Shown here: positions 13,701-25,301 of the stretch, in pieces
Position numbering within the stretch: position 1 is the first letter of the stretch
Layout of the letters: each line of letters begins with the position of its first letter
Assembly: GCA_964016885.1 (NCBI GenBank)
Contig: OZ024756.1
Location: 28,458,001 to 28,522,000 of the forward strand
From: Eledone cirrhosa
Lineage: Eukaryota
Length of the DNA: 64,000 nucleotides
Reading direction: 5' to 3'
The notes under the pieces: model-generated
What the model saw: only the letters and a program-made list of their open reading frames with translations
What the model was told of the DNA's origin: nothing
Databases searched by the model: none
Program-made: the position numbers and the translations under genes

Positions 13701-15360
13701 CACAAAACTCACATTCTTCGTGACCAAATGTCTGTCGCATCTTCTGGAAGATCTCCAGGGAGAGTGGACGATAGCCAAGACGCTTTATGATGTCGGAAGC
13801 CTTCGAAGATTTGTCAGCATCTACATCTTCACTTGGTAGATCTTCTCCATTTTCATAGTTCTCTCCAGTTTCTGAACTGTTGTTAGGAAGTTTGATTCTC
13901 TCTGTTTCACAAGAAGATTTGTCTTCCAAGTAAGTTGAAGTAGATTTCTCCTGGACACTGTTGTCATCGCCTTCCTCCATGGCACTCTCTGACAACTTAT
14001 CAGCCGCAGTGCTGTTATTTGGAACACCATTGTTATCAGTGGTAGGGGAACCATCAGTATTACTGGCAGCATTTGCAGTAGACTTTGTTGGAGTCTCTAG
14101 AGAACTTTCATCAACTTGCATTTTTTCTTCAGACTTCACACTGCCGCTGGCTTTAGCACCTGAATCACTCGTTTCCGGGTCTTTCTCTTCTTCAATCATT
14201 TCAACATCAGCAGCTCCTTTTGATTCATTAGTAGTGGTTGTAGTTGCTACAGTACTGGCATCGGAATCTGCTTTTGTAACGAGATTGTCAGAAGCATCTG
14301 TCGTAATTTCTTCAGTATTGGCTGCTGCTAGAATGGTAGATGTGCTTAACACTTTCGTACTTGTGTTGTTGTGGTCTTTACCGTTGTTGATAGCAACGGC
14401 TGATAGCTCTGGCGGTAGGTTATCAAATTCCTTGTCCTGGTCTGGTAGGGCATCGTCAGGTTCCGGCAGGTAAAGCGATGCCGCAATACTTTGCTCAAAG
14501 AGATTCTCCTCCGTGCTTGGATGGACATTAGATATATGTTCCATCAGACGCACTGTGCTCAGGAACTTGTCCTGGCACACGGCACAACAGTAAATGACAC
14601 GATGCTTCAGAAAATGTTTCTCAAGGTAAATTCTTCGACTGGCAGAATAATCGCAGAGCTCACAATGTTGTACACTTGGAATATCGCGGATGTCATGCAC
14701 AAACAGATGTCGATCTCGGTCGATTTTCTTCTTGAACTTGCGATTGCACACGTGACACTGGTGAATAACGGTCGTGCCGCGGTCCTGTCGACCCTGCAAG
14801 AACTTTGCCAGATATTCTTTACCTTTGCGCGTGATGCTGTGATATTTGCGAATGTGGTTCACCAACGACTTGATGGTGTTATAATCCTTTCTGCACATCT
14901 CGCAGGCATGCCGTATGTTGCTGTGGGTCGCCTCATGTTCCAGCAGGTGACTTTTATTTACAGTTTTAAATGAACACTTACAGCAGATGTAGAACTGTCC
15001 CGTATGTTTACGCATGTGTGTGTATAAGTTGCCTGCAAAATATTGAACCAAAATTCACACTTAAATATATATACCACGTGTGCAGATGCAGATACATGTA
15101 TACATGAATACAGACACAGCATACATTTATATAAATGTACATGTATACATAAATATATATTCATACATTTTTATATATATATATTCAGAAGAGATTGTTT
15201 TGTTACAGCATATCACAGAATCGAATTTCATCTGAAGATACTGTTCTCATAACAACAACAAATGTATGAATTACATCTTGGATTGCATGGGAGAACCATT
15301 AAAATAATTATTTTGAATAAACAATTTATGTAACATCAGCATCTTTCTTAATGTTATTCT

Positions 15361-15393
<33 letters not shown>

Positions 15394-15550
15394 TGATACC
15401 GTATTTCCCGGGGTCGAAGACGCTACTTTTTTCCTAAAATAAGCCTAAAAAATCTACCATATGCCCAGGAGGCCGAAGGTTGTTTATTACTTTTTTTCAA
15501 ATTTAGGGTACGTCCTCAAGGATGAAGCATCTTCGGCGGCGGGAAATACA

Positions 15551-15589
<39 letters not shown>

Positions 15590-18500
15590 ATCATCATTTT
15601 ACGTCTGCTTTTCCTTGCTTGCTCGGGTGTATGTGTATATAATATATATAGGGTGGTGGTGGTGGTAATGATAATAGTGATGATGGTAGTCATGATAAGG
15701 GTATGATGGTATTGTTAGTGATGATGGTGGTGATGATGATAAAGATGGTGAGGATGATGGTGATAATAATGATGATGATAACATGACAACATGATAGCGA
15801 TGCTGATGATGATGATGGTGATAACATGATGACGATATTAGAGAAGAGAACTTGAAGGGCCCCTACCTTTAGAATTTGATGCATAGGAACATTTAGAACA
15901 CTTGAAGGGTTTCAGGTCAGTGTGTATAAGGCAGTGAAGTCGCATGTGGGACAACGTCTTGAAGACCTTATCACACGTATTGCAGGAGTAGAGCGACAGC
16001 CCAAAGGATCCCGTCCGGGGTGCTGAGGGTGCGTTCTCGTTAAGGTCCTGTTCAATGACATGGACACGAAACATGTGGTCCACCCCACTTAGATCCACGT
16101 TTAAACTCTGTTCAAAGGCCATCTTCTCTTCCTCTGTGTTGAACACGGGGATATCTTGAATGTGGTCTTTGGTTTTCTCAACAGCAGGGTCCACTTCTAA
16201 GTTGCTGGATGCTTGAACAGAGCAGGTTTGTGGCTGCTGGGGAGCAGCATCGGGGTTCATAGTGCTGCTCTCTTCTTCCTCTTCTGATAAATGAAGCTTG
16301 TAATCCTCTTCATCATCTTTTATGATAGTCACTTCAGCCTCTTCCTCACTTTCATCACCTAATATAAAATTCAAAAAAAAATTTATTTTCATCAACAAAT
16401 ACAAACAGCAGCCTATGAGTGAGCTTCTACATGGTAATTTAGCCTGCTAAAAACAGTAGCTAAACTCGCCTCATATCACACCTTACCATTATGAGCTGAA
16501 TGATCCTCTATATGGTCACACAACCTATCAGTAAAATAATAAAAGTATCTGGTGCTCCAGCATGACCACAGTTTAATGACTGAAATCAGTAAAAAAATAC
16601 AAAAGAATGTGTTGCCAAACAACTAACCTTCAATTTTAACAACATCTTTCTTGGATATATCAACATAGTCTGACGTTGCCAGACATTTGTGAGTGATGAA
16701 ATACCGTTCTTTGGGAAACGCACGCTTGCATCTGGCACAGTGGTATTTACCATCTTTCCCTAACAATGGAAAAGTAGAAGAAAGAAACATATATAAGAAG
16801 ACAAAGCTAAAATGAAGTTAACCCTTTGGCATTTACCCCTTTAGCATTCACATTACTCTATATATACTATTATATTTTCATCGTAAAGGCTTTACCTCGC
16901 ATAATTATCTCACATAATATTGAATCTATGAGATTTTGAAAGTATTTATTTTGAGAACAATACCTTAACATCAGTTTGAGTGACCAGTTACAGCCAGGTT
17001 CAACAGAAAGAGGTAGAGAATTCTAACCGACTTTGGCCGGTTTGAACATTAAAGGGTTAAACTGGCCATATCTGGCCAGAATTCTCTCACATCTTTCTGT
17101 TCAAACTGGTTGTAACCAGCCACTCATACTGATGTTAAGGTATTGTTCTCAAAATAAATAACATCAAAATCTCATAGCTTCGATATTATGTGAGATAAAG
17201 CTTTTATCACAAAAATACAATAGTAAATATAGAGTAATGGAAATGCTAAAGGGTTAAGATGGAAAAAAAACAAAACAAAAAAAACCATTCAAATTTAATC
17301 CTAATAAGAATAGGACATTTAGACATGGCCTGAGAAATTTAGAAGACAGAGGATGCCATCCCTGGTTTTACAATACAAAGCTGTTCTTAATTTTAACCCT
17401 TTAGCATTTAAACCGGCAGCATCTGGCCATAATTCTCTCACTTCTTTCTATTCAAACTGGCTGTAACCATCCACTCATACTGATATTAAAGTATCATTCT
17501 CAAAATAAATATTAAAATCTCATAGATTTGATATTATGTGAGATAAAGCCTTCACTGTGAAAATACAGTAGTATATATAGAATCATGTAAATGCTAAATG
17601 GTTAAAGTGTTTATACATTAGACATTGGCTAGAATGCTTTGTGGCGCTCTGTGTTCGAACCCTGCCGAGGTCAACTTTACCTTTTATGTTTTCGAGGTTG
17701 ATAATAAAAGATAGAACCACTCCAGTTCTGAGGTTGATTATTCTTGTATATTTCTGTCTCACTTCTTTGTTCTGACTCTCTTTCTCCGTCTCATGGGTTG
17801 ACCTAAGTGAGGTTATGGTAAAAGACACCTCCCCAAGTTGCCACACAGTGGGATCAAAGCTAGGACATAATGATTGTAAAGAGAAATTCTTAACCATTCA
17901 GTCATGCTGTGACCTGGACTATGAAGCCAGTTCCATACCTAATGATATGAAATGAACAGTCCCTTTCAGACAGTTGTCTAGCCAAATATGACCATCCAAG
18001 AAGAGTGTAGCCATCAATTAAGGAATATATAGATGTTGTTTGTTACCTTTCTCAGGAATTGGTAATCTTTGCGGTTCTTTAGGAACGGCATCCCTTTGAA
18101 CATTCTTCTCTTCTCCCTTCCTGGGTCTTCCACGACGACGACCTACACCAATATAGAAGAGATGATATTTTAGTTAACTGCAATCTGTAAAAATCCCATC
18201 AAATTTTTTTATCAACTTTTTTTTTATACCAAATTACTCTTGGTTCTTTGTTTTAAAGTGTTTATAATAATTTAAAAATATCAATCATACATTTATTTAA
18301 GAACGTTTGTTTCATTTATACTCCAAACATCAATTTAATAACATATATAGTGGGAACTCGGTTCATGAACTTAATTCATTCTTGGAGGCCATTCATCATC
18401 CGAAATGTTCATAAACTGAAACTATTTTTCCCATATGAAATGTTGAAAGAGAACGACTGTATGTGAAAGAGAGATAGTTATCACCATAGTAACTAACTAC

Positions 18501-18803
18501 ATGGCAAGTGACGCCGATACTCCAAACTTGTTACCAAATGTTGTTGCTGGCTTGTGGGTTTGTTACTTGAGACACTGTTTAGGAACCTGTGTTGGGAGCA
18601 GCATCCTCTCTCTCTCTCTCTCTCTCCTTCTAGCTGTCCCATCCTGTGTGTTACATTGGATCAAAAGAGGGAGGCTCAAGAGGGTACCTATGTCAGTTTG
18701 CAAAGTGCATGGGTAACTAAAACCCCTAGCAAAAGTATGATGTACACTACCAAAAGTTATACTCGATTGTGAGTGACAGCCATAGTTATATAAATATATA
18801 TAA

Positions 18804-18840
<37 letters not shown>

Positions 18841-18995
18841 GTGGTTGGTGTTAGGAAGGGCATCCAGCTGTAAAAACCTACCAGAAACACTTCCGTATGA
18901 GCGAGACACGATCTCCTGACTATTCTCGCATCAAATGGAACAAAACCGTCTAACTCATGCTAGCGTGGAAGATGGACGTTAAACGATGATGATGA

Positions 18996-19060
<65 letters not shown>

Positions 19061-21549
19061 AGAGAGATTTGAGATGGGATGGGCCCAACTAAGTTAAAAA
19101 TGCCCAAGGCATGCTGTATGTCACTACAACATCCATATGACTCCATGAGAAGTAATAGGTTCATAAACACATAGAATAGGTACAGTGTATCCCTGTGCAA
19201 GACTTGAAAATATAGTACTGGTGGGGATGTGCGTGTAGGGGGGCAGGTGTGTCAATATGATTGACTAAATCCCTTTATGGTTATGCCCCAGCATGACCGC
19301 TGTCTAATAGCTGAAACCAGTAAATAAATATGTAGTTTACTCACCAGATGTGCTGGGTGTGGTGACATGGGGCTGAGGAGGTGTAGTAGCAGCATCATCA
19401 GCAGCAACATCAGTAGCAGCAGTAGTAGTAGTAATTGGAGTTGGGGTTACAACCGGTGGTGGTGGTGGTGGTGGTGGTAGTAGTGGAGGTTCTGGTTGTG
19501 GCTGTAACTGTTCAACATTTACAGACTGATTGAGAGCATCCAAGATTGGCTGAACAGCTGCACTGCTGTTACTGTCCTGTGGTGAGGTGATGATCACAAC
19601 TGCCTTCGTATCAGAGGAGTTCTCTCCAGTTACCATGGCAGCCTGAGCCACCTGAGACAGTAAGTCACCTGATCCAACATTTACTGGTTCTTCTACTGCA
19701 AAAACAAGACAAGAACAATGGAAGAGGAAAGTAGATTTTACCCATTCTTTACTATATTTCTAATGGAATAAACTTCCTATGTCATTAACCCTTTCCTTAC
19801 CATATCTCTAATGAAATAAACTTCCTTTGTCATTAACCCTTTCCTTACCATATCTCTAATGGAATAAACTTCCTATGTCATTAACCCTTTCCTTACCATA
19901 TTTCTAATGGAATAAACTTCCTATGTCATTAACCCTTTCCTTACCATATTTCTAATGGAATAAACTTCCTATGTCATTAACCCTTTCCTTACCATATTTC
20001 TAATGGAATAAACTTCCTATGTCATTAACCCTTTCCTTACCATATTTCTAATGGAATAAACTTCCTATGTCATTAACCCTTTCCTTAACATATTTCTAAT
20101 GGAATAAACTTCCTATGTCATTAACCCTTTCCTTACCATATTTCTAATGAAATAAACTTCCTTTGTCATTAACCCTTTCCTTACCATATCTCTAATGAAA
20201 TAAACTTCCTATGTAGTTAACCCTTTCTTTACCATATTTCTAATGGAATAAACTTCCTATGTCATTAACCCTTTCCTTACCATATTTCTAATGGAATAAA
20301 CTTCCTATGTCATTAACCCTTTCCTTACCATATTCCTAATGAAATACATTTCCTATGTCTTTAACCCTTTAGCATTTAAACCGGCCATAATTCTCTCACC
20401 TCTTTCTGTTGAAACTGGCTGTAACTGGCCATTCATACTGATGTTAAGGTATTGTTCTCAAAATAACAAATATCAAAATCTCATAGATTCAATATTATAT
20501 GAGGTAAAGCCTTTACCACAAAAATACAATAGTAGATACAAGGTAATGTAAATGCCAAAGGGTTAACCCTTTCATTACCATATTCCTAATGAAATACACT
20601 TCCTATGTCATTAACCCCTTCCTTACTATATTCATAATGAAATATACTGTATTTGAATTAACAATTGAAGAATTTGGAGAGAATTACTAAAGTTATTTCA
20701 TTAAGAAGGTTTTTATATAAAAGATTTTTATATAAAATAATTGTTCTTGATTTAGGCACAAAGCCAACAATTTTTTTGGGGAAGAGAAAGTCAATTATAT
20801 CAACCCTAGTACTTGACTAGTGAGTAATTTTATTTACCTGATGAGGATGATAAAGATGATGATGGTGATGATGATAATGATGATAATGATAATGGTGGTG
20901 GTGGTGGTGATGATAATGATGATGGTGATGATAATTACGGTGGTGATGATGATGATGGTGATGGTGACGATAACGATAATGATGGTGGTGATGATAATGA
21001 TAATGATGGTGATGATAAAGATGATGATGACGGTGGTGATGATACAGATGATGATGGTGATGATACAGATGATGATGATGATACAGATGATGATGATGGT
21101 GATGATAATGATGGTGATGATAATGATGATGATGGTGGTGATAATGATGATGGTGGTGATGATAATGATGATGGTGGTGATGATGATGATGGTGATGATA
21201 ATGATGATGGTGATGATAAAGATGATGGTGGTGATGATAATGATGATGGTGGTGATGATGTTGAAGATGATGATAATGATGAGTGTATCTCATTAGAAAT
21301 ACAGCCATCACACACACACCAAAAAAAAAAAAAGAGTTAAAACAATTTACCTGTGGTACACTGCAAGGCATCGGCGAATTTAATGGAATCTTCAGAGTTC
21401 AATGTTATTGGAACTTCAACTGCTTGAGATGTGACACTAACTGTTGCTTCCTCACTTTCTGGTACACATTCTTTCTTATGAATAATGAACAGTTCAATAT
21501 CATTGAAATTACCCTGGCACTGGCCACAGATAAAAGTGTCCAAAGGCAT
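4522..21549 (-). CDS. ZFAT: ZFAT orthologue (zinc finger and AT-hook domain protein), 13 coding exons, ~1335 aa. Exons 5'->3': 21351-21549, 19345-19695, 18047-18142, 16628-16759, 15867-16358, 13647-15032, 12880-13093, 11407-11510, 10424-10703, 9129-9474, 8408-8459, 6347-6426, 4522-4797
   Basis: All introns are GT-AG with matching phases; total 4008 nt, one open frame to TAA at 4522-4524. AT-hook RRRGRPRK. Finger array with ZFAT-like segments, recalled from the vertebrate protein: CHVCNRKFKKKIDRDRHLFVH, KCPYC...SELRKHIWIHEGIKPFRC, and C-terminal VNILQHII. Confidence 0.9.
6347..6426 (-). CDS. ZFAT: ZFAT coding exon 12 (VPAPQELDEKTASAVNILQHIIDMSQQ)
   Basis: ttgtag acceptor, CAG|gtatac donor, phase 1->0. 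Confidence 0.75.
6563..8243. repeat. 41-bp minisatellite (~41 units, some 37 bp) containing TGACGTCA
   Basis: Unit ctagagatga(c/t)tgaggaaggaaggggtgatgacgtcacaca. Confidence 0.97.
8408..8459 (-). CDS. ZFAT: ZFAT small coding exon 11 (VFQVSDEPPLYSEETNS)
   Basis: Strong ttttgctttag acceptor and CAG|gtaatt donor; its 52 nt supply the phase 0->1 change needed between the neighbouring exons. Confidence 0.75.
9129..9474 (-). CDS. ZFAT: ZFAT coding exon 10 (last C2H2 fingers)
   Basis: ORF 9075..9665; ttgacag acceptor, CTT|gtaagt donor. Confidence 0.9.
9590..9804 (+). mobile_element. piggyBac-like MITE (~215 bp), reference copy. Other copies at about 4828-5005, 16818-17060 (inverted), 17060-17256, 17393-17605, 20361-20566, 21592-21870 (inverted), 47644-48076, 55893-56110, 56881-57274
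   Basis: TTAA|CCCTTTAGCATTTA ... TAAATGCTAAAGGG|TTAA termini; conserved internal sequence in about 11 copies. Confidence 0.85.
10424..10703 (-). CDS. ZFAT: ZFAT coding exon 9 (three C2H2 fingers plus start of a fourth)
   Basis: RRSYKCPYCERVF...HEGIKPFRCPLC...EKPFMCNDCGK...LFKCD; AA|gtaagt donor. Confidence 0.92.
11407..11510 (-). CDS. ZFAT: ZFAT coding exon 8 (NLKRLRNHILIKHPKMSKEEVQ...)
   Basis: Completes the finger begun in exon 7; AAG acceptor, G|gtgagt donor; absent from the ORF track. Confidence 0.82.
11636..12064. mobile_element. hAT (Charlie-like) MITE with a nested SINE fragment (11733-11870)
   Basis: TIR cagtgattcccaa / ttgggaaccactg; 8-bp TSD atctagtg / atcaagtg. Confidence 0.8.
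12430..12800 (+). mobile_element. RTE-clade LINE 3' fragment; related copy at 42130-42430, other RTE tails at 23750-24050 and 36850-37020
   Basis: RSQLW.G...RM...TRARWLDNIHKLGW-type C-terminal RT motifs; the two copies align. Confidence 0.55.
12880..13093 (-). CDS. ZFAT: ZFAT coding exon 7 (DRPFQCQVC...LECPQCHEKFE)
   Basis: The TGDRPF linker spans the junction; AA|gtgagt donor, phase 2. Confidence 0.9.
13320..13572. repeat. 28-bp minisatellite
   Basis: Unit ctatttacaaggtcatgattcaaagctg, about 8 copies. Confidence 0.9.
13647..15032 (-). CDS. ZFAT: ZFAT coding exon 6 (C2H2 cluster plus long acidic S/T-rich linker)
   Basis: ORF 13639..15051; ttttgcag acceptor, CAG|gtaaat donor, 1386 nt. Confidence 0.93.
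15399..15551 (+). mobile_element. Tc1/mariner (pogo-like) MITE; second copy inverted at 49154-49321
   Basis: TA|ccgtatttccc ... gggaaatacag|TA; homologous internal sequence in both copies. Confidence 0.8.
15867..16358 (-). CDS. ZFAT: ZFAT coding exon 5 (acidic region plus first C2H2 fingers)
   Basis: ORF 15838..16404; the finger FKCSKCSYASNSKG continues in frame into the next exon (NLYTHMRKH). Confidence 0.9.
16628..16759 (-). CDS. ZFAT: ZFAT coding exon 4 (KDGKYHCARCKRAFPKERYFITHKC...)
   Basis: ttgttag acceptor, AAG|gttagt donor, 132 nt, phase 1-1; absent from the ORF track. Confidence 0.83.
18047..18142 (-). CDS. ZFAT: ZFAT coding exon 3, AT-hook (GRRRGRPRKGEEKNVQ...)
   Basis: gtgtag acceptor, AAG|gtaac donor, 96 nt; canonical RGRP AT-hook; absent from the ORF track. 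Confidence 0.88.
19345..19695 (-). CDS. ZFAT: ZFAT coding exon 2 (Pro/Thr/Ala-rich low-complexity region)
   Basis: ttttgcag acceptor, G|gtgagt donor, 351 nt, phase 1-1; matches ORF 19337..19651. Confidence 0.8.
19737..20365. repeat. 48-bp minisatellite derived from a TTAA-CCCTTT transposon end
   Basis: Unit ttaaccctttccttaccatatttctaatggaataaacttcctatgtca, about 13 copies; resumes at 20563 after a MITE insertion. Confidence 0.92.
20845..21282. repeat. (GAT/GGT)n trinucleotide tract; similar tracts at 15650-15840, 42480-42830, 43280-43410 and 45420-45840
   Basis: Direct reading; produces poly-His, poly-Met and poly-Ser pseudo-ORFs. Confidence 0.95.
21351..21549 (-). CDS. ZFAT: ZFAT coding exon 1 (MPLDTFICGQCQGNF...; C2HC-like finger)
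   Basis: Acceptor ttcag just upstream (exon starts at 21556), ATG at 21549, donor CAG|gtaaa, phase 1. Confidence 0.8.
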
Positions 21550-24416
21550 TGTTTAGCTGAACAAAAACAAAAATGAAAATCACAAAATATATTAACCCTT
21601 TAGCATTTACCGTCTAACACATGCTAGCGTGGAAAATGGACGTTAAACGAAGATGATGATGATGATTACTCTATATTTACTATTGTATTTTCACAGTAAA
21701 GTTTTTATCTTGTATAATTATTTCACATAATATTGAATCTATGGGATTTTGATATAATTTATTTTGAGAACAATGCCATAACATCAGTATGAGGGACTGG
21801 TTACAGTCGGTTTGAACAGAAAGAGGTGAGAGAATTCTGGCTGGATATGGCCGGTTTAAATGCTAAACATTTAAAAGGCTTGAAAAAAAAAATAAACAGG
21901 AATTTCATGAGGAATTTTAGAGTTGCCTTTAAAAGGCTTGAAAAAAAATATAAACAGGAATTTCATGAGGAATATTAGAGTTGCTGAAGCATGGAACAAA
22001 CTACCTGTATCAGTTGTTAGCTGTCGAGACATAGCATCCTTTAAAACTTCCATGCTTCCTGAAATTCGCAAACATTACACCTGATATTCCCCCTCCATAC
22101 ACATGCACCTGTGTATAAACCATGATTCATACACTTCCTGACATTTGTACATTATTCTATGTACTATACATGTATCGTAACTGAGAACAGTACACAATCA
22201 TTTTCATTATTAATTTATTATCTTATAGGTGCATGCATGGCTGTGGGGTTAAGAGGTTCACTTCGCAATCATGTTTTCAGGTTCAGTCTAGCTGTGTGGC
22301 ACCTTGACCAATTGTCTACAACAGCCTTGAGTTGACCAAAACCTTGTAAGTGAAATATGGTAGATAGAAACAGTGTGGAAGCCCATCGTTTATATATATA
22401 TATATATATTATCATTTAACATGTGCTTTCTCTGTTAGCAAAGGTTGGAGAAGCCATCATCAGACTAGGTTAATAATCAAAGCAGTGTTACTGACTCCAT
22501 GGTAGGCCAGGAGCCTACAGTCCATTTACATTCCTGCACCCTACCGAGTGCATTTTATCATGACACCAAGACTAGGAAAGTTGTTACATCCTTACACAGT
22601 TGAAGAGTACTCCCAACCGTTTATTTGGTAGGTTTTCTATGGCTGGTTGCCCTTCCTACCTTCCTTTTACCAACTACTCTACCGAGTGTGTTTATCATGT
22701 AAATACATACAGCTTCAATGTAATACTTTAAAATTTTATATATATCCTCTATTACGCGGTAATACAATAGACCCAACTTCCCACGGGTACAAGCCAAAGC
22801 TGAAGCATATAAACAGCCCCCCCCCCCACTGTAAAGGGGTCGTGGAGGTGTCACAACAAAAAAGCACACAGTCCACAGTAAAGTGGTAGTGTAGGCGCCA
22901 CCGTAAAAAAGCACCCAGTACTTACTGTAAATGAGGTTGGTATTAGGAAGGGCATCCAGCTGTAGAAATCAAGCCCAAATCAGTTCTGTATGAGCAAAAT
23001 ATGGTCACCTGACCTGAAATTGCCCACAACAGGACAACCCATCTAACCCATGCTACCGTAGAAGAATTAACATAAAACGGTGATGATGATGATCCTGGTA
23101 GAGTGCTTCTGGCAGGGTCATTTTTTCAATTTGAACCAACACCAGTATATTTTTCATGTAAATGGTCAGGCCTGGCTTACCTTCTCTTTGATGTGACATC
23201 ACGCATCATTGAAAGTTGAGGATTACTACTACATTCACTTGTGTCCATCAATGCGGTGTATTAGCTTGCCATACGGATCTCTCCATTCCAGGGAGGCAAA
23301 CTCCCACTGAGGAAGTAGTTCCAGACAACTTAAATAATGTACACTAACAATACCTAATTTCTGCACATGGTGGTTCTATTTGGACCACTGCAGGCAGATC
23401 GGAATCATAGAAACTGGTGCATCAGTCCAGATAACTCAAATTTCCTACCCATACAATGTCATTTTCCTCACTGATTAACTCTAATCAGTTAGGTTTGTAT
23501 TTTAATAATACAGACTTAGTTTAATTATTAACCTTCATTCCATAATTATATATATATATATATATATATCATCATTAATGTCTATTTTCTATGTTTGCAT
23601 GGGTTAGATTGGCTGTTATGTTATGAAGCAAGACCGGTTAAGTGACCAAGTCTTGCTCATATGGACGGTATTTGGCTTAGTTTTCTACAGCTGGCTGTAC
23701 TTTCTAATGCCAACCACCTTACAGGGACACAATGTGTAGAAAACTTGTGTAGATTGGAAAGAAATGAAGTTTGCATGCTCTGATGGATGTGTAATAAACA
23801 GCAAAGTGTAAATGAACTGAGAGAGAAACAGAGCATAAGAGGAATCAGATGCAGTGTGAAGGAGAGTAGATTGCAGTGGTATGGACATACGATGCATACA
23901 AAGGAGCAGGGCACTCAAAGTTGATGGAAGCTATGGAGTAGGAAGACTTGGGATGACGTGATAAAAGCTGATCTCATACAATTGCACTTCTCAAAGTTGA
24001 TGACACAGGATCGAAATCTCTGGCGCAATGCAGTAATACAGAAGACCTGCCTTCCCATGGGCAGGGTTGAAGCATACATCTAGTATGCACCACAAGCCCA
24101 CATCCTAACAATCTACCCATCATCAGATAAATGGCTTGTCTCACAATGGGACAACTTGTCTAACTCCCGCAAGCAAGAAAAATGGACGTTAAACAGCGAT
24201 GATACATACACACATATATATATATCATCATCACCATCACAGTTTAGCATAAATTTTCCATGGAGTTAAACGGACTGTCCACGTCGGGAGACAAGTCTGG
24301 GCAGAATTGGCCACGCCGTACCTTGCCTGACAGGACTGTAAATTTGGCTGGCGATTTTACAGCCGGATACCCTTCCTAACACCAAACACATAGTGTGTAT
24401 ATGTATATATATATAT

Positions 24417-24782
24417 AGTATAAAAGAGAAAACACAGGTAAGCATTAAGAGAAGGATTTTATCCAGGTATTTACGACCATTTCATTGGTAAGTGCAACCT
24501 CATATTGCTATACTGCCATGGATGTTTTCAACGTACGGTTAGGGGTAACGCCACAAGTTTGTAAGAATTCCGTTCAATCTTGGAGTATAAAGTATAAAAG
24601 AGAAAACACAGGTATAGCAATATAGGGTTGCACTTACCAATGAAACGGTTGTAAATACCTGGATAAAATCATTCTCTTAATGCTTACCTGTGTTTTCTCT
24701 TTTATACTTTATACTCCAAGATTGAACGGAATTCTTACAAACTTGTGGAGTTACCCCTAACCGTACGTTGAAACCATCCATG
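24417..24782. repeat. Complex inverted duplication A-B-a-A'-B'
   Basis: A 24417-24512, B 24517-24590, partial A 24591-24614, revcomp A 24613-24708, revcomp B 24709-24782. Confidence 0.9.
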
Positions 24783-25088
24783 AAACTGGCTTTCTTAACC
24801 ACGAACTGGATCACAAAAAGCAATTTTCTGCTTCCCTAACTATATATATACACACACACACACAGAATGCTTAATGAGCTCTCTTTGGATTTTGGTCTTT
24901 GTAACTATTATTACTATATATATATGTTTTTTTCTTTTTCTATTAAACTGTATTTACATGATATATTCTATCAATAAAATTACCATTTCTTATATATATA
25001 TATATATATATATAACGAAGGAAATGTGGTAAGGAACCAGATGGACCATAACGCACCAAAGTACTCAGCCGTCGGGGTCCTACTCGTT

Positions 25089-25125
<37 letters not shown>

Positions 25126-25269
25126 AGTTTAATATAGAAATGGCTTCTGCAGGACTAGAATCGTTTCATTCAGAAGAAATTTACACTCTACTAATGTATT
25201 GAGTACATTAACTGTGGTTACCCTCGATTCAACCAGAGAATCTCACACACATATATATATGTATGTAGA

Positions 25270-25301
<32 letters not shown>

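Noticed and set aside
13961-14973. Plus-strand ORFs of 170 and 160 aa
   Set aside because: Antisense shadows of ZFAT exon 6
20817-21371. Poly-His, poly-Met and poly-Ser ORFs (also 42204, 45300-45966)
   Set aside because: Trinucleotide repeats; intronic or intergenic
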